A DNA stretch of 64,000 nucleotides. It comes from Podarcis bocagei. Taxonomy: Eukaryota. The stretch lies in the NCBI GenBank assembly GCA_964188305.1, contig OZ076892.1; one strand, given 5' to 3'. This document shows positions 61,358-64,000 of the stretch, piece after piece. Numbering within the stretch: position 1 is the first letter of the stretch; the number at the start of each line of letters is the position of its first letter. The translations under genes were made by a program, and so were the position numbers. The notes below the pieces were generated by a model. The model had not been told where the DNA came from. It did no database searches and saw only the letters and a program-made list of their open reading frames with translations.

Positions 61358-62098
61358 GTATCTGTGGCATCTTCTGCTGGCCCTGGGTTCAGGGGCTGAT
61401 GCCACGCTCAGCAACAGCAGCAGGGGCTTTTTCAATAAGATGAGGGGTGTCGGATAGTACGGATAAAGTGTGCTCAGTAAAATTATCACTTTATAGAAGG
61501 GCTTCTGGTCCACTCTTGGGGCCTCGCTGAGCAGCACATTTGGGATGAGAGAGGATTTTCACCAAGTATCCTTTTGCTCTCAGATATTTGGCTTACTTGC
61601 TTGAGCTATTTATTCCACAAGCACCTTCTTGCAGGGCATTCTGTCAGCAGCATGCTGTGGCCTCTTGATAGGAGTTTTGACCCTTTCAGTTTTACTTTTG
61701 TAACATGCCCCCAGGTCCTATAAAATCCGCAGTTACAGAATTATTTGCAAAATCTCTCCATTTTCTTGCAGAATTTTGTGACTGCAGAATATCAAAATAC
61801 TGATACTGCAGTTTATTCTCCTCCAATGCAAGTTTTACCCCAGATTCTCCTATCTTAAAGAAGTGTTTTGTTCATTTGTTTGTGAGCCAATCAAATGTTC
61901 ATTATTCATTCAGCTGTTCATAATACTTTCTGATTGCTGATGTTAAGCTCCTTTGTGAGCCTGTTGCTCAACTTCTGTCACAAGAAGAGGATGCAAGCTT
62001 CCAATTCGCATAGACATTTTTGACAGCTCCATGTATTTAGAGAGATTTGCAAGGTCATGAGTGGTATTCAGTTAAGTCCTACTCAGAGCAGACCCATT

Positions 62099-62293
62099 GG
62101 GGAAGGGCCATAGCTCAGTGGTAGAGAATCTGCCTTGCAAGCAGAAGGTCCCAGGTTCAATCCTGAGCACCTCCAGTAGGGTTGGGAGAGAGTCCTGCCC
62201 GAAATCCTGGAGAACCACTGCCAGTCAGGGTAGTCGGTACTGAGCTAGATGGACTAAAGGTCTGACTCAGTATAAGGAATTTTCCTATGTTCC
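62099..62293 (+). mobile_element. tRNA-Ala-derived SINE (Squam3-like)
   Basis: A-box TAGCTCAGTGG at 62111-62121, TGC anticodon remnant, B-box GGTTCAATCC at 62154-62163, CR1-like tail ...CAGTATAAGG...TTCCTATGTTCC. Confidence 0.8.
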
Positions 62294-63219
62294 CAATGAA
62301 ATTCATGTTGGGTGCAACTCAGCTTGCAGAAAGGTGTTTGCATGGTATTTAAACAGATAGAGCATGAGACCTCCAGATTCCCAGACTATCCCTGTACCTT
62401 TAACCTCTGTGTTGACCTCTCTGTCCTTTAAAGTTTAGACTGATAATCTTAGGTTGCATCCTGTTTACAATTTCCTCCTCCTGCTCACACTTCCTCTGGA
62501 CCTTGAGGCATGAGGTCATCTTGGATGTATTTTCTGAGAACAAAGGAGCAAGTAGGGCTTATTTGTTTCTCCCTAGTTAGTTAGGAAAGAATTCTATAGT
62601 ACTTCCTTGAATAAACTAAGCATTCTTTTTTCATACCAAGTCTCCTCCTGAATGCTTTTCAGTTATAAAGGTGTGCTCCAAGTAAGGATTCATTTCATTC
62701 AAGTTAACTTCTGCTATTGCATACTAACTCTATATGCTCTATCAGCTTGAGTTAGTTGTGTCCGTTAACTTCACTGGGTCAGTCCTGAGTAGGACCAGTG
62801 CTTTTTTTCTGGGGGGACTCAGGGGTATGCATACCCCTAAACATTTTGTGAATCTAAATTTGGTCTCATTGAGGGGCAGTATTTCAGTATGAGTAGGAAA
62901 ATGAGAATACCCCTAAACATATTTTTTTAGGGGGGGAAAGCACAGAAGGAGCAACCTTGGAAACCATCCCATGCTGGTGAAATTCTCTCACCGTTGCAAC
63001 TGGCTCTGGGGGCCCCTTTTGCCCAGCCATTGGCCCTTCAGCAGGACAGCCTGCTAATCCCTGAGGTGGGCGTAAGGAAGGGCCCTTTCCTTTTGGGTCA
63101 GCTGCCCCCTCCCGGCCCGCCTTGCCAAGAGTGGGAGGGCACCCCCTTGCAAGCTGCAGGTTACCTGGTTCTGTAGTGACGTTCAGAAGCTTTGGTGAAC
63201 ATGGTTTATAATCTTGCAG

Positions 63220-63374
63220 GAGGTGGCCAGGAGTACAGGCTCCGCAGAGGGGACTATGGATCGGAAAATGGAGCTGGAGAAACTGGATGGCGAAGAGCTC
63301 CATCGCCGACTGAGCCAGGTGGACCCCAGAATGGCAGCCAAACTGCACCCCCATGATAAGCGCAAGATGGCCAG
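63220..63374 (+). CDS. TRIT1: TRIT1 exon 4 (gene continues beyond window)
   Basis: Acceptor tcttgc[54 protein letters not shown]. Donor AG|GTCTGT. Confidence 0.93.
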
Positions 63375-64000
63375 GTCTGTTTCTCCAGCTGGTAGCCACA
63401 GTTGCCAGGTAGACTTTGTTACCCCCTTCACCTGGTCACCTGTGGTCAGTGCAAAAGGGTGACTAACGGACACAGCTTTCTGTAAGAATGTAGCATCAGG
63501 AAAGGCCTGCTGGATGATACCCAAAGGTCTGTTTAGCATTCTGTTCCCCAAACTGGTCAGTCAAAGGCCTCTGGGAAGCCCTTGCCCTCCACTGATGCTT
63601 TTCCCCAGCTTCTCTTATTCCCAGGTACACTGCCTCTGAGCACGGAGGCTCTGTTTCCTTGTTGCTATTAATAGCCATTTTAATCACGTATCTTATTCAC
63701 TACGCCATGCAAGCCCGCAGCAATTATATGCTTTGTGTTAATCCCTTGGTGTCTGCAAAAAAACCAGAGAGTTGCACACACTGCCTTACATGTCTCCTCT
63801 CCTTTACAGGCTCTGGAGTTGAGCCTAAGTGGGAATCCCAGCTCCGCTCTCCCTGCCTGCATAGCCGTGACCACAAAGCCAGCTGTGGGGTTCTGCACTC
63901 TTCCTGCCTGGCCTACAGCGAATGCTCTTTCTTTTTTTACAGTCAGTTCTTCCTTCCCCGGTTGCAGAGCCTGCTCCCTCCAGGGCTTCAAGCAGGCTGC

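Noticed and set aside
62099-62175. tRNA-Ala gene
   Set aside because: Stems are imperfect and the sequence continues into a SINE body and CR1-like tail, with several decayed copies in the window.
63790-64000. TRIT1 exon 5
   Set aside because: Acceptor-like AGs exist near 63809 and 63967, but no frame gives the expected SLQVFEETG-like sequence.

Overview
Vertebrate (squamate, probably lacertid lizard, judged from the Sauria-type SINEs) genomic DNA with one 146-N gap at 9644-9789. It holds three intron-containing genes. (1) The 5' half of THRAP3 on the - strand: CpG-island promoter at ~30.4-31.4 kb, coding exons 6237-6373 and 2187-3074, gene running off the left edge. (2) A complete MYCL on the + strand: 37225-37699 joined to 43603-44195, 355 aa. 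(3) TRIT1 exons 1-4 on the + strand (53144-63374), including a U12-type AT-AC intron. Most entries in the ORF track are spurious. The most unusual element is in the THRAP3 5' intron: a Penelope-like retroelement remnant (8183-9345) built as an apparently perfect 505-bp inverted repeat, each arm carrying a minimal hammerhead-ribozyme core, inserted in a (TA)n tract. The same intron holds a young L2 LINE with an intact APE+RT ORF and a 5' array of ~7 monomers of 111-121 bp, nested in an old L1 fragment. Also notable: THRAP3 sits head-to-head with MYCL (unlike human gene order as I recall it), THRAP3 has a likely GC donor, the TRIT1 N-terminus is short, and many Tc1/pogo and hAT MITEs carry housekeeping-promoter motifs. 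Comparisons to human genes are from memory, not from a search.
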